Shown piece by piece: positions 35,481 to 50,225 of a stretch of DNA of 64,000 bases. Position 1 is the first letter of the stretch. Every line of letters starts with the position of its first letter. The position numbers and the translations under genes are program-made. The notes beneath the pieces were generated by a model. The model was not told the DNA's origin. It was given only the letters and a program-made list of their open reading frames with translations, and did not search any database. The DNA is from Camelus dromedarius (Eukaryota): NCBI RefSeq assembly GCF_036321535.1, contig NC_087437.1, positions 57,414,001-57,478,000 on the forward strand, given 5' to 3'.

Positions 35481-38400
35481 CCAAGTTTCTAGGTATATCA
35501 CCTACTACTTTACCAAATACTCTATTCCAGCCCTCTAGGGTACTGCTGAGAGAGAGAGAGACAGAGAGAGAGAGAAATGGGGACAACTATGCTGTATCCT
35601 GTCAGGACTAAATTCAGAGTTCGCTGGGATGAGGATACTGAGCGGGTGCCACGTCCTGTGGGAGGTTGTGACTTGGAGATCCACTGGAAAAACCAATAGC
35701 CATACTAGGAAAGAGGCCAGGATGGATGAACTGGCATTAAGCTTTGTAGTGATCATACTAGGTCTGACCCAATTTCCAAGTCTCCTTCTGTTGGAAAATA
35801 AAGAACCAAGTTTTCCCAGGCTCTTCCTGAAAAGAGCTGGCTGGCACTCTGACAGAGGCGGAAAGAAAGCGAGCTGGTTCCCAGGTGTATCTTTTGATGC
35901 ACACTCTTTGCATGCAGGAGGTTCTAAGTACTGGAACTCAGGACAGCCCGAAGCAAATGTCTAACTGTCCCATTCTGATCACTGGGGCAAAAGCAAGCGG
36001 GATTATGAGCCTTGACAAGCTGTGTTTCTGATTGAAAAGTAAGGGCAAGAACTGGTGAAATTCAGGGTGGATGGGCTACATAGTAACATAGAGAAACAGA
36101 CACTGAATTACTTCGCTTTCTGGAACAGACACAGAGTATTCTTGCTTGTGATAGGATCAGTCAGTGTGCATGTAGTAGAGAAAGGGTCAGATGTTGCCTC
36201 TTTTTTTCTAGAGTGCAGTGCTGGGGAGAGAAGAAAGTATCAGGGCTGACATTTCCTCCCCCACCCCCAGAGGACAGAGGGCTCTGGTTGAAAGCATGGG
36301 AAAAGATACTGTAACTCAATTCTGTCCTTGGAATTGATGGTCTGAGCCAGTGAAGGCAGAGCGTGGTCCTATGAGACATCTCGTAACTAGGACTGTTCTG
36401 TCAGAGAAAAGTGAATTTCTTTCCAAGTTACAGCGAAGCCTGTCCTAGGATGTTCACCCTAAACAAAATGGCATTGCGAACTCTGACAGGAGAGGCAAGA
36501 AGTAAAAGCAGTTTTTTATAAAGGTCCAGATAGTTCATGGATGTCCTTGGGGGCTACTATTTCAAGACAGCAGCCACACTTATTGACCTCATCCAGATCC
36601 AAGTATCTCATGTAGAAAGTAAGCACCCATTAAATGGGGCTGTTCAAGCAAACATCTCTCTGAACTCAGAACTAATGGTCCTTGAGTCAACTCCAAATAT
36701 ATTGACAAGCACTTAATATAAGGAATCTCTAAATATACCACTACACCATCTCTAGGAGTTTAGGCAGTGCCAGAATATGGCAGGAACATAGCATCTAATA
36801 GCTTGGCATCTGATAGCACCCACATTTCAAACTGTCTAAGCCTCATCAAAAACAGATTCTGTGCATAGCACTCTTGGAGATTTATGCCTTACAATTTACC
36901 TAGAAACCCAGATTCATCCGGCCTTGAATAGGCACTTAATTAACTATGCTTTTTAAAGAGTTTATTTAGTAGAGTGGATCCCAGCTCCTACAGATGAGAA
37001 TCACCTGTCTTCACTCCAAATCAGTTACATCAGGGTTGTTAAGAGTGGTGAGCCTAGTGATTCTAATATGAAATCAAGATGAAAGAACCACTGAATAGGC
37101 CCTATAATAGGAACTGAGCAAGTCCTTTTGTTTTCTTAAATAAATGGAAAAGACCTGAAAATTAGTCACCTTATATTTTCTGATTGATGATAAAATTGTT
37201 GCAGTAAAATCTGCTGGAAGACCGATACCTGCATTTGACCAGAACTTAGGTCTAATTGTAGAGACAATGGATGGGGGAAGCAGGAAGAGGGGAGAGCTGA
37301 CCCCTCCAGTTCCTACTTTTAGAACCAAGTTCCGGATAACTGCATCTTGTGCATCAGAGAAATAGCCGCCTGCAAGTGCACAGACAATGATATTGTCTGT
37401 ATTCTAACAGACCACAGTCATTCGTTTCCAGCCAGGTTAGAAATAATTCCAGCCTTTAAGATGGAGAGCAGGTTAGTGAAGCAGGTCAGTGTCACCCTTG
37501 TCCATAATGTCATGCTTAGTTTGTGTGTGTGCTATGTGCCAGTGCAGGCTCTCTAATAACAGTGTGAGTGGGGCTGTGCCTCAGTAAGACCATTAAATGG
37601 GCGTATTATGATGGCCGTTCTCCTATTTAGCCAGATACACTGAGCCAGCAGAATCAGTGCATCCCAGGGTCACCCGACGAAGGAAATTAACAACTCAAAA
37701 ATTAAGTAAAAAAATGTAAACTAGATCAGAGCTAAGGTAGTCATCCAAGTGGCAAGACACTCTGGAAATGGACAGAAGGAGGAAAATGAGATAAGGGATA
37801 AAAATGCAATTGATAGACATAAGCCAAAGCATAGATGGACTGGCGTGTAATTCATAGAGTAGAGACCTCCTCCTCATAATGGTGCTCTCGTGTATGTCTG
37901 TGTGTGCTTCCCTGGGCCAGGGACATATTTTTGAAGACAACAAATTGCAATGGAAAGACAAGGCTAATACATGAATATATATATATATATATTTACAAGA
38001 GACATAGCACAGTGATGAAGATATATTATCTTCTAAATAAGATTGTCAAAAAGGGTTAGAAAAATGATGACAATATTGTAATACTTAAAATTCCCAAGAA
38101 AAATTACTGTGAGAGCCCATGCTCAAAAAATGCATATTATTTTCAAATATAGTATATTATCTCCTCTGCAAAAAACAAAGCTGGAAGTAGGAGGAAGAGC
38201 AGGAGAATTTTATGAAAGAAGGCAACACAAGGATTTGATCCACACCCAACTGTCACCCTCAGGCAAAGGCAAGCAAAAAGCATTCTCTGGTCCTTAAAGC
38301 CTCAGAAATTTACCAGCTCAGAAACTTTTGAAAGTGTGTATCACAACACTGCAAGTTGACTCAGATAAGAAAACTTTGGATAGGAATTTGAGGAATACTG

Positions 38401-38899
38401 GAAGTTATTGCTGAAATGAGTAAGTAAAGATTAAAAATTACAGAATAAAATAATAACATCAGTGAGAAGCTAAGGAATGATTCTGATAAATCTAATGTAA
38501 TTATTGGGGGGATTGATAATTAAATTAATGAAGACTAAAGAGAGGAGAGAGAATTTAGAAGAGCAAAACCACGTATCTTCTATAATAGCAGGTGCTTCCC
38601 AAGATACAGACCTTCTATCAGGATGATCAGCTCTAAAGCTTCACCCCAGGTGAGGTGATAAAATGAAGTGCATTGTGGTTAATTACTGAAAACAGACCGA
38701 TCTGATCACATGAAGTGAGGTGTGATCACACAAAGTTAAGTAGAGGATTCATGACTAACCATTGAATGGGAATTTTGTAGTATATCTGGAAAATTCTGAG
38801 CATGCATATTTGTAAGTTTATACTTCTCAAAGACTAAATCAAATTAGAATTATTCTTAGTGTATTAACAAACCTCCATCTCCGTTTAAGTCAGGGAGAT

Positions 38900-39500
38900 G
38901 AAAAGGTGAAAAAATATTTAGATGTTTTGATAGAAATGAACTGGAATGTTAAAATTTTTTGATTAGGTTGTCAAAAAGTGAATGCAGTCTTAACACACTG
39001 TTGTTACAATATCAAGAATGAGGGACTGCCTCCTGACCAAGTCGACTTTATCAGGAATATCATATTGGATTATGCACTCCAAAGTATAAAAACTTTTTCT
39101 GAGTGAAACAAACAGAATGGTAAAGAAACAAAATATTTAAAAATCTCTGAAATTCTTTCGCACGAGTAGAGAATACTTGAAGAATGAGGAATGACAATGA
39201 TCTTCAGAAATCTGTATGGCTTTCTTATAGGTGGAGAATTAAATTGACTTGGAGTAGCTCTAGGGAGTGAAATTTGAAACAGTGGCCCATGGTACAGAAC
39301 AAGTTACTACATATAAGGAAGAACGGTGCAAAATTAGTACTGCCCCCAATTGGAAGAGGCTGCTTGGGAGATTTATGTATTTGCCATCATTCAAAGTGTT
39401 CAAACATACGCTATAAATGCATATAAGAGGATTCAAGAATGCCATGAATGGCCGTCTCAGGTGATTATGAAGCACCAAACAGCCCTGAATTTAAGACCTG
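38900..39500 (+). mobile_element. CR1/L3 LINE 3' relic
   Basis: 'tataaggaagaac...aattggaagaggctgcttgggag...catcattcaaagtgttcaaacatacgct' resembles the L3 3' region. Confidence 0.45.
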
Positions 39501-39949
39501 GAATGACAATTGAGTGATATTTTGAGTCAAGTTTTGTGATGGTCTAATCCCAGCAGTGTCTTTACAGGTGTGACAAAGTAGACATGATACAGATCTCTGG
39601 TTTAGAACAGCCAAGCTGCGCGTTCCAGTCCTCTGACCGTCAGTGGAAAGCACTGGGCATACAAGATAGATTGAGTTACTGTCAAGGACGCCACTCTTTT
39701 TTAAAACTGTAGCTCTTTACATCTTCATTAGTGACCCACACAGTGCCTTTTGCATAGCAAGCATTTAATAGTGCTTCGGGAATTGAAGCCTCACTGCCTT
39801 TGTTGGTCCCCCATGGTTTATGGCTGTAGCTTTAATTCATCAGTACTTGCATTTCTCTGCCAGTTTTAAGAATAGCCAATGAGCTGTGATAGGAAATATA
39901 TTCATTATTAGATAATGGAAATTTGCTTTTTTTTTTTTTTTTTTTTTGC

Positions 39950-40450
39950 TCCTTAGCATTCATTTCTATTTCCTCTTGTTAAATGGACTCTGAATTTCAT
40001 TCAGATATTCACCCCTCATCTATGCAGCCCTGTATCTTTGGGGAGGCACATCCAACCTCAAAGTCTAGGAAAAGTACCTGGTTAATTTAAACTAGTTAAC
40101 ACATCTCAAATTCCCAGCCACAGTAGTTCATTTAAGTATGGGACATGACCCAAACAGGGCCAATGAGATTGGAGATGTTTTCCAGGGAGTTGTTAAGAGA
40201 GAATAGATGGTATAAACATGTGATATCTTGCAACTTGTAAAAGAATTCCAAACTCCAACAGGAAATTGTACATGGAGTGGGCAAGCTGAGAGACCTACAG
40301 ACAAGTGAAGCCTCCGTGGTGATAACGTTGGGACCCCCTGCAGGAAGGGCCAGTCTGGTCTGAGGATTCTGTTATGAAAACGCAGAAGCATCCTAACAGA
40401 TACGGAGGCTAAAACACAGCGGAAGAGTACAGTGACAAAACTGACCGACT
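39950..40450. mobile_element. Old MLT1-type LTR fragment
   Basis: 'gggacatgacccaaacagggccaatgaga' and an upstream 'tttcctcttgttaa' motif. Confidence 0.45.
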
Positions 40451-41199
40451 TCTCATTTTTGTTCATCTCAACTCAGGCTTTTTCCCCATCTCCTCCTCTG
40501 AACACTCATTCCTTGCTTCATTCCAAGTATCTCGAGGTAAGTAGTAGTCTGTGTTTCTCCGTAACTTTTCTCTGAATGATTTTCTCTTCTGGGGGGCCCC
40601 TTGTTATCTTTCATTGCTCAGTATCTATTTTCTTTTCAGTCCCGGTCCTTCTCTAGGCGTCATTGTTTCCTCATCGGTTGTGTATAGAATCTTAGTCACA
40701 CATCTCCTGTAGCACTTGTATTTGGGGTATTACATTATTTATGTACGTGTCTGACTTTCTCGGATTTTTGTTGAGGATCCCTACACTCAACCAAGTCTTT
40801 ACTTAGCAAATTATGAATAAATGAATGAGTGCCCTCTAGTTCTTAATCCTCAAAAGCAAAATATTAGGTTTACCACAAGTAGTAGCTTCATATTTAGAAA
40901 GTAGCTTTTACTTTTCACCACAAAACTTTGACTTCTTCTCCATCCATAAATCCAGCTTTGATCTTTTTCATAAGACACGGCACTTTTTCAGTGATAAACA
41001 CATTTTAGAAAGGAAAGAGACTTCCCAAAGGAATTTAATGTTTAACAGAAGGTGCAAGTATTTTGTCTGCATGCATGAGCATCTCAAGATTTTAATTGAT
41101 TTTTTACTTCAGGAAGGTTGTGATGTATAAACATTTTACAAATCTGATCTCAAAAAACAATGATTTGAATAATCTGTGCTTTAATGTAAAAACGAAACA

Positions 41200-44100
41200 T
41201 TAATTTGTTCAATTTCTCATACAGCGTGTTTATTAAACATTTCGGTCTCAATAATTTCTTAAGACTGGAACATTTAACCTTGTAATGGAGCTAAAACCAG
41301 TTCTAGTCATGGGAGTATATTTTGGATTTTTGAACAACTTTAAGTGAAATTAATGCCACTGTCTTTAGGTTGTGCTTGGAGCAAAGACAAACATCAACTC
41401 ATTCTTTCCAACTAATAAAAGACCTAATGATGCAATTTCTATTATGACATTATTTTAATGTTATTATCGTAGTGTTAAATGTATGTTTACTTCCATTTGT
41501 TACTGAAGCTCAATATATCATCTCTGGACACTAACTATTTTCACTTAATTTAGATTTTAAATATTGAATTTTTAACTTGGACTCCAGGAAAAATTCTGAA
41601 AAATAAAAATCTGCATTTAGGATTTTTTTTTCCTTGCCCTCAGTTATATACTTCAGTCTGACATGACATAATAGAATTTGTGGAAGTACAGCTTTTTCAG
41701 ATAACTCTTTAGAAATAAAAAATAACTACCTCTGCATAAGAGGGGATTCAGAATCACTGACATTCTGAAGGAGCATGTGCTTTGATGACTGTTCTCACCT
41801 GTTTCTCTTTTTATTATAAAGTGACAATTTATACTATCATTAGAAATATACATTTATATATAAAGTTTTGCATTCAAATCTCTTTATTTTTGATTACCTA
41901 GGACTAAAGACCACAAATCAAATAAAAACTCTATATATCCTTATTTCAGAAGCATATGTATATATACACATATATATTTGTAGAACAATCCACTATTTTA
42001 AATGTGATTCTGATTTAAAAAATGCTATTTACAATTCCATGACAGAGAAATAATCTCAGCCTTTTTATGATATTAAAATGAGCAGGGGGATTTTTATGTT
42101 TGAACGTGTTTCACCTTGTGTATATGAAATTAAGCAACACCATGGAAAACCTTCTCAGAGCATGGCCTTGTTGACAAAGCCATGAAGGTGGAAGAGCAGA
42201 TTTGCTATTTCTGGGTCCATGTTTAAAAAAAATTACTCTTAATGTAGTCATGCTTCTTCACCGGGGGATTAGTGGTCCCAAATCAGGACCTCCAAACTTT
42301 TCAATACACAATAAGCCATTCTTCATCCTTTACTTTTGTCTTAATACTCTTTTCTCTTGCTAGTGGCACCACAGGACCACCAACCTACACATAATACCTA
42401 GCGATAGCATTGCCATTTTCTTAAACATAAGAATTCTAACAAGCTATCTGGATTAGAATGAGGCCCGTAAAGCATCATGATTTGCATCAAATCCACGTCT
42501 CTTTATTGTGTCAGTCCTTAATGGCTAAAGATGTGCTATGAAATTCGTATGTAAAATTCAAAACCCAAACTATTACTATGATCAATAGGTTGGCTTGCTG
42601 TCCTCCAGTTACTCGAAGCACAAAAATTAGCAGATGGAACTTCAGCACCATTTTGTTTCTATACCTCAAGCTTCTAGCTTAAACATCAAGTAAGGTATAT
42701 TGACCAAAAAACTATTTTGTGAGAGTCTCAAAAGTTTTGTTTTCATTCTTAAGCCCATTGACTCTGAAACATGTTACAATAAGGACTCATAGAATAAACA
42801 TACTTTACCTTATATGTACACAGTCAATTACAAAGCTTTACTAAAATCACATTTTTCCTGAGACTATCCCAATGCATTAAAAAAAGCACACTTCACTTAT
42901 AGAAGAAAAGTGATGAATGAATTGAGACCCAGAAGTTGGAATGATGAAAATCAAGGAATTATTTTACTTGGAATAAGCTGGAAAAACAAACTATTTAAAC
43001 TGACCCAGATTCTTTGAGGAAATAGGATACTTACATGTGTATATATGGTAATGTTTTCAGAACCTAGATGGTGAATACTGACTTTTTCTATTAAAGGTTT
43101 TATGTACTTAAAAAGCAAGCAGCAGTTAAGCGAATGTTCACCCTGTGCTTAAACCATAGTTTCTGTCAGGTTCACATGTAAAAGAATATCAGGTTTCTAG
43201 TTATTCTCTGAAATTAATTCTAACTTAAACAAAGCTAATTTCCAAAACATCTTACTGTGGTGAACATTTGCTTAAATGATATGGAGAAAAAACAATAGAC
43301 AAATTGGGTAGTTAGAATTGTTTCTTCACTTCTACCAAGATGGGGACAAATGTCTAAATGCTAAAGGATGAACAGCCATTGAAAATAGAGGGAAGAATTT
43401 TGTTGGGGATTCATCGCTATCATATTTTTCATAATAGTTAACTCTACTAAATATGTTCTGTCATGAAATCATCAGTGTAATGGATAACATTTTGTAAAAC
43501 TGTCAGTTGTGTCACTCACGAGCTTGTGATGTGTGTTTGTTTATCTGTGTATCATCAGAAAGCTCAAGTCATTTTATGCTAAATGAGCCTATGACCCATT
43601 TTGTAGAAGCCTCTTTTTTATTTTTTCAAGGGAAATAAGGCTTTGTGCCTGGGATTTGTTTGGTCCTGGAAGTGACAGGTGCATTGATAATCAAGTTGAA
43701 TCGAGTGACAAGGAGAAATACCACCAGATTTGGATTTCTGTATTTCTTTTTATCAGGGTTTTCTTTGCCTAGAAGAGTAACATTCCTTTTTTTCTCTTTA
43801 ATTTAAATGTCTTTATTCATTACTTTCCAAATATTTTGGTTAAACAAATATCTCTTGCAAATGTGTGTTCAAAATCCTTGCCTAGATGCATAGCTTTTCT
43901 TCTTTGTCACCAATTAGAGAAATCCCTCCATTTCATTTTCTGCTAACCTCCTGATAACATAAACAGAATACTTGGTGAAGGACATGGACCACTGCTGAAG
44001 AATAATGATTGTGTAGAGTGAGGGAAAACTACACTGACTTTGAAAGAATACAGCAACCACCGGCAAGGTCATTGAAGTGAGGGCCTAGAGCTTCTGCAAA

Positions 44101-45722
44101 GTGTATATATTTTAGGGAGTATTTGGAACAATACATGCTGGACGGTAGAGCTAGAGGAGAAGTAACATGCTAAGTCTTCTCACTGATAATATCCAGAAAT
44201 CTGCATACGTTTTTAAACATTCTGTTTTGTTTTGTTTGATTTGGATGTCTCTACACCATTCCTGATTTGTAGGACTAAGTAGATCTATTTTTTCCCAAGG
44301 CAATTGTATAAAGTTCGTTTCTTCCCTAACATTTTCCTAATACTTTAGTATCCCTAAATATGCAATTTGGCTAGTCTTACACTGAGTTTTTGTTTTGTTT
44401 TTAACTACTTTAAGTCACTCACACAGCTGTCTGTTGGAGCCATAGCTATTAATTCCATGTTGTTTCTCTACGTCCCTTGAAAATTCAGTGTAGTACAAGT
44501 TCCCTTCTGTGTTCCAGGAGACAGACTTACTGTCAACTAGATTTATAAAAGAGGATATACAGTAACAAGCAATCCACTGGCTTCATAAGGTAGTGAGTTA
44601 GAAATTTCACAGTCATGCCCCCCAATGTCTCAGTGAAGTTTGGAAAATGCTACAGACAGAAAACTCTGGTAAGGTACAAAGGCAAATACAATTTGTTTTC
44701 ACCAATTTCTTGGGACTTATTTCCTTTTGTAAAACCCCTCTTCTGTCCTTCCTGCTGCAAGAGATGGTATAAAACTCTCTTAAGACAGCTAGACATGGTG
44801 CCTATAATCTCAAAGGTGTCTACAAAGTAAAAAATCAGGCCAAATGGTAAGAGCCCATAACTTATCACTGCCCAAGGCATGGCAATGATAAAGAATTCCT
44901 AAAAGTTAATTCAGCCTTAGAGCAAGATTTTTTTTTTTTCTAAATGGCTAAAGAAAAAAGGTGAGATCCTGAATTAATACCTTTGAAAAAAAATGATACT
45001 CTCCTAGGAACACATTTTTAGGAAGGAATGAAATCAGCTAATAGCATTAAATTCAACATAAGACTATCCTTTGCCTAAAACAATCTTAAATATCAATTTC
45101 AAGAATAGAATTTTAAGCTTTTCTTGGTGTTAAATGATTCCTGGCTACATACCTTACAGGCATTAGGAGAATCTGTAATTCATACATGTTCAATATCATG
45201 GTAAAAAAAAAAATCCTGGAAACATAATGTAATTATGTCTCAATTCCAGATGCCCAAAGAAAATACAAATTCAGAACAAAGCACACATCACAGCATTATC
45301 CAGAGTTTAAACTATTTGGGGTATTACATCTATTTGTAAGTTCAATTCTCCAAAACCCTTTGCTTTAAGGTAATAACTTTATTTCATCTTTATTACAGTA
45401 AAGTCTTCATTACAATTAGCCCTCTGTTAATAACAACACAGTTTATTTTAATGCTTGTGGAGTCTTGATTTATTTTTTCTTCTGCTTTTATGTGTGCTAA
45501 TCTTTGTGCATGTGCATTTTCTACCACATTGCAACAGGCAAGCTTTGGTTCAATTTTTCTGGTCCTACACAAAGGAAGATTTTGAGTGCAGAATCTTAGC
45601 CACTAGGTCCTGGGTTGCCATTTTATTTTCTTCTCCTTGGGTGGATTTATTGGAAGGAAATGGGTAAAGGGCAGAGGGAGAAAGGGAAGGAATGAGAGAG
45701 GGTCGAAGGGAAGAGTTCTCAG
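41200..45722 (-). other. FGF12: Putative FGF12 long 3' UTR
   Basis: Follows the stop codon directly. About 4.5 kb, AT-rich, with no interspersed repeat I could recognise and several poly(A) hexamers. The distal end is inferred. Confidence 0.6.
41229..41234 (-). terminator. Candidate distal polyadenylation signal (AATAAA) of FGF12
   Basis: AATAAA on the minus strand near the end of the repeat-free block, with an ATTAAA at 41180-41185. L2/MLT relics begin beyond about 40830. Confidence 0.5.
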
Positions 45723-45863
<141 letters not shown>

Positions 45864-46884
45864 TTACTTATTACAATAACGGACATCAATTTGGCCTCAA
45901 TAAACATCTCAAATTTGATTTTATAGTATTTTCCATCTCATCACTAGCTTTTCTTCCCATCGTAAAAATGACTTTTAGCTTAAAATATTTAATGGACACA
46001 CATCATTCTCTTCCAATTCTGGCAGTCACAACCTTTTAAGTCTTCTTGAACTATAGACATATGGATGGCTTCTGTTCCGTCATAGATAAGGCTTAAGTCT
46101 TTACTGTCTACTGACCTACAGAACAGGATTTCATCTAGAGTTAGAGAAGACACTGGGAGGATAACATTTATAGGACAGAAAGAGATATTGTGTTTTTCAG
46201 TCTTTAGCCCGCAGTCTAGTTTGGGTAGGAAAAAAATCCTTATTGACATGATTCTAATATTTACCCTGCTATAAGGAATATGACATGTTGCATCAAGTTG
46301 ACAAATATTTACCGTCAACTTTCAGGGTATCCTACATAAGAAATGATCATGGGAAGGAGGGCAGAGAAGATGCAGTCTCCTCAATTTCTCCAAATTTCCT
46401 TCACCAAAGGTAGTAACATTCTCTGTGGCTTCTTAGTTATTCATCAATAGGAAATGTGATTATGCAACCGTGAGATTTCAGTTCACATCTATATAAACAG
46501 TTCTTTTTCTTCCTGTTGTTTTGTCTGGCTCTAAAGCTCAGTCATCTGTGAATTATGGCAGCTCTTGCTAGATTACTGCATAGAAAGAGCGATGATTTTC
46601 AATTCATAGTTATTCTTGTAAGATAGGATCTATTAGCATATTGAGTACATTAAAACAGATTCATTTTCCTGTCGGGAGACAAATGTGACTATATGAGCAT
46701 ACGAAATATTTACTTAAATATCAGCATGTATTTTCACCCTTGACTTAGGGACAGTTACGTACCTCCATCTATTGAACCAACAGTACGATGCCTTGGCAAT
46801 CTGAAATGTTATTTCCAATCAAATTGTTTCCTCTTTTGGGCTTTGCCCTGGTGCTGGGGACCCAAGCATGGCTATGACTGAATA

Positions 46885-47045
46885 GACGTCGTATGGTGGT
46901 TAAGAACATCAATTTGGAGCCACGCTGCCTGGGTCCACATCCTGACCCAGCCACTTTCTAGCTCGGTCAAATTGGACACACTTTCATAATTGAAAAACAG
47001 CATTTTCATGAGGAGTAAATGTCTGGCATACAGTAAACATCCAAA
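46885..47045 (+). mobile_element. MIR SINE
   Basis: 'tggtggttaagaacatcaatttggagccacgctgcctgggtccacatcctgacccagccacttt'. Confidence 0.7.
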
Positions 47046-47244
47046 GATGTATAAGAAAAATGAAGGAGCTGATCTCTTTACGAGAATTTTGAATAAAAGA
47101 TTTCAGAGAACACTGTGTGATCAACTGTTTTGGCTGAAGGTACATTCTAAATCCAAAACTGGATTAAGAGAGTTAAGATACAAGTAAGCTTCTCCTCAGA
47201 CTAGATCAGTGATGAGGAAATAGGTCTCTCCCACATCTCAGTAG

Positions 47245-47415
47245 TAGAGCTTCTTAAATGTTAATGTGCATTTCTGTCACCTAGAGACATTGTTAAAATG
47301 CAGATTCTGATTCAGAAGGTCTATAGTGGGCTTGAGATTCTACACTTTTAATAAGTGCCTTTTTTTTTAACGAGATGCTGATGCTGGCAAAACCCAAACC
47401 ACACTGCGGCTCATA
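47245..47415. mobile_element. MER5A-like hAT MITE
   Basis: 'tcacctagagacattgttaaaatgcagattctgattcagaaggtct...tgagattctacacttttaataag...gatgctgatgctg'. Confidence 0.7.
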
Positions 47416-49539
47416 CAAAATATATATAAAAGCATGTTTGTTAAGTATTGCATGCACAATCATACATACATATTTTTAAATGAGATTTTTTTAAATAGTT
47501 CAATTCTTGCACTGAGTGGCCCCTCCAATATCCCGAAAGGACTAACTGCCTTTTGCCTAACTAACAAAGTGTACAGAGGAAACTAGTTCAGAAAAATTGA
47601 TCCTGTAATTTTCAGATGAAGCCAGTAGGTCATTCAAGTTTTTTCCTTTCTTTTACAAGAGACAGAAGATCCTAATGTAAGACCCTATTGAAATCTTGAA
47701 GTTCCTCAAGTCTAATGTCTCTTACCTGTATTTCTGTTATGGGCAAAGAGTCTAAAATCTCCCAAATTAAAGAATAAGTTTATATGTACAAAGTCTGGCC
47801 AGCCATTTATTTATAACTGGTTAGTGCACAGGGGAACTCAGAAGATGTAATGAAGTGATTCCATTGGAAAGCTATTTATATGATGCCATAAAGCAGTTTT
47901 TCCCTACTCCACCACCTAATTGACTGTGAAAACCCATACATCCTCAGACCAGACTATGGACTGCTAAATCAGTCTCAAAGAATGAAAAAACAAAACAAAA
48001 CAAAAACCTTAAAAAAATGCAATAGATTTTGACCTGCAAATTTCTTAAACTTTAACTTAGAGGTACTTGAAGACTATTTTTAATTTCCATTAAATAACAT
48101 ATTTTATTATTTTTGTATCTGAATTTCTTATTGTTGCAATTTCTTTTTGAGTTTCCTTATGTTGTGGATTCTACCCAAGACATTTGCTTTTAACTTTTAT
48201 CTCTTTTTTGCTGTTTCTCACTTACACATAAAATACTTAAGTTATGATAACACACAATGTTGCCATTATAATTATCATTGCAGATAACTTTTCTAATAAC
48301 TTAACCTTACTGGCCATCCTAATATCAAGCCCCCAGAGAGTTTTCCAAATTGGCATCTAAAAAATTTTCAGTCTTTGAAAAAGAACAAAAGCCACTAGTG
48401 TCAGAGCAAAGTGTGCCCTTTGCTCTTCTTCTGGGACAATTCATTCACTAATCTTCTAATACTTCATTAAATGGAGTAATAAAATTCTGGGTTTTGGAAA
48501 AAAAAACTAGCTTATCTACCTTAGCTGGAAAATTAAGTGTAATAAGATCAATGGATTCAATTTGATTTCTAGGGCTTTAATTTTCATTGTTACTTACAGG
48601 CTCTGGGATGTCAGTAACACCATCTAAATTGAGAAGCTGACCAATCAAGGGCTGTGAATCTCAATCAAATTTTAGAGTTAAAATGTAATTTAAAAAGCCT
48701 GATCCAATTAGAAAGCAAAGAAAGGAAGGACAAAACACTTCCCTTCAAGTAATATAAATTCCTTTGATAGTTGCATTAACGCTCTGAAACTATGCTGTTC
48801 AGAATGGCACATATAAAACATTGACACAAAATACAAGTAGAAAACAGAAGGCGTAAGTGTTCTATACGGTGCACTGTAAGTCCAAAGTGTAAACCCAAAT
48901 CACTGTGATGTGTATGATAACCACAACGATAATGTCTTAAACAAACTTTTCATTCCTCCAAAAAGGCTCTTACTTCAGAGTATTCAAAGTCATTTTATTT
49001 TTTATTCTTATAGGCAAATTGTCTTTTAATGATTTGTACCAGCAGACAGGATTTTACATTTAACCCTAACTGGGACTTGGACTTCTTCTCAGGCACTGAA
49101 TGATCAGAGGGACAAGATTTTAGTACAGAACCCAGGCTGGCATTTGACTGTGGAGATTTTCCTGGATCCTGTTGAGGAATGACAAAACCTGCCCAAATGG
49201 AAGTTCAAAGCCATTTTAAACTCATTTGATAATTAGAATAACTCGGTGAATAAAGTAGGTAAGAAATTTTTATTGCCACTTTTTAAATATAAAAGAAACT
49301 AAGCAACTGCCCTAAAGTCAGCGGGTGAGTAGCGGCGGAGACAGATGGGGCACAGGACTCCAGGGCCTAGTCAAAAGCTCCTAATAAAAGCAGAAGAACA
49401 GTTCATCACATAAATGGTACCAGTGATCGCCTTATTCCAGACAATGTTTAAGTTCTCTCCATATATTAATCTAGATCCAAGTTGGACTCACCTCTACAAC
49501 ATATTCCTAAGGTCATCCACAAATGGTAATGAAAACAAA

Positions 49540-50225
49540 TTCAGGATGCCTATTATAAAAATAAATAATTAAACAACAAGTGTTGGCAAGTATGTGGAGA
49601 AACTGGAATCACTGTACATCGCTGGTGGGAATTTAAAAATGGACAGCCACTGTGAAAAGTAATATGATGATTTCCTCAAAAAATCAAGCGTAAAATTGCC
49701 ATATGATCCAGAAATCATACTGTTGGTGTATACCCAAGAGGAATGAAAGCAGGGATGTAAACAGATATTTGCATACCCGTGTTCAAAGCTAAAACGTGAA
49801 AGCAACCAAGATCTCTATCAACCAATGAACAGATAAGCAAAATGTGGTACATATATACATACAATGAAATATTGTTTGACCCTTAAAGGGAAGGGAATTC
49901 TGGCACAAGCATGGATGAACCCTGAGGACCTAAGGCTAAGTGAAATAAGCTAGGCATAAAAGGACAAATATTTTATGATTCCATTCAGGAGTAGTCAAAT
50001 TCATAGAAACAGAAAGTTGAACGGTGGTTGCCAGAGGCTGAGGGAAGGGAGAATGGGAGTAGAAACTTAACGGGTACAGCGCTTCAGTTGGGGATGAAAA
50101 AGTTTCAGGGATGGATGGGTGGTGATGGTTGCACTACATCATGAACATCTTAATGGCACCAAAATGTACTCTCAAATTGGTTAAAATGGTACATTTTATG
50201 TTGTGTGTATTTTATACAACATAAC
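49540..50225 (+). mobile_element. Old L1 (L1MA/L1MB-like) ORF2 end and 3' UTR
   Basis: 'aacaagtgttggcaagtatgtggagaaactggaatc...ccatatgatccag...catggatgaaccctgagg...aaaatggtacattttatgttgtgtgtatttt'. Confidence 0.85.
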
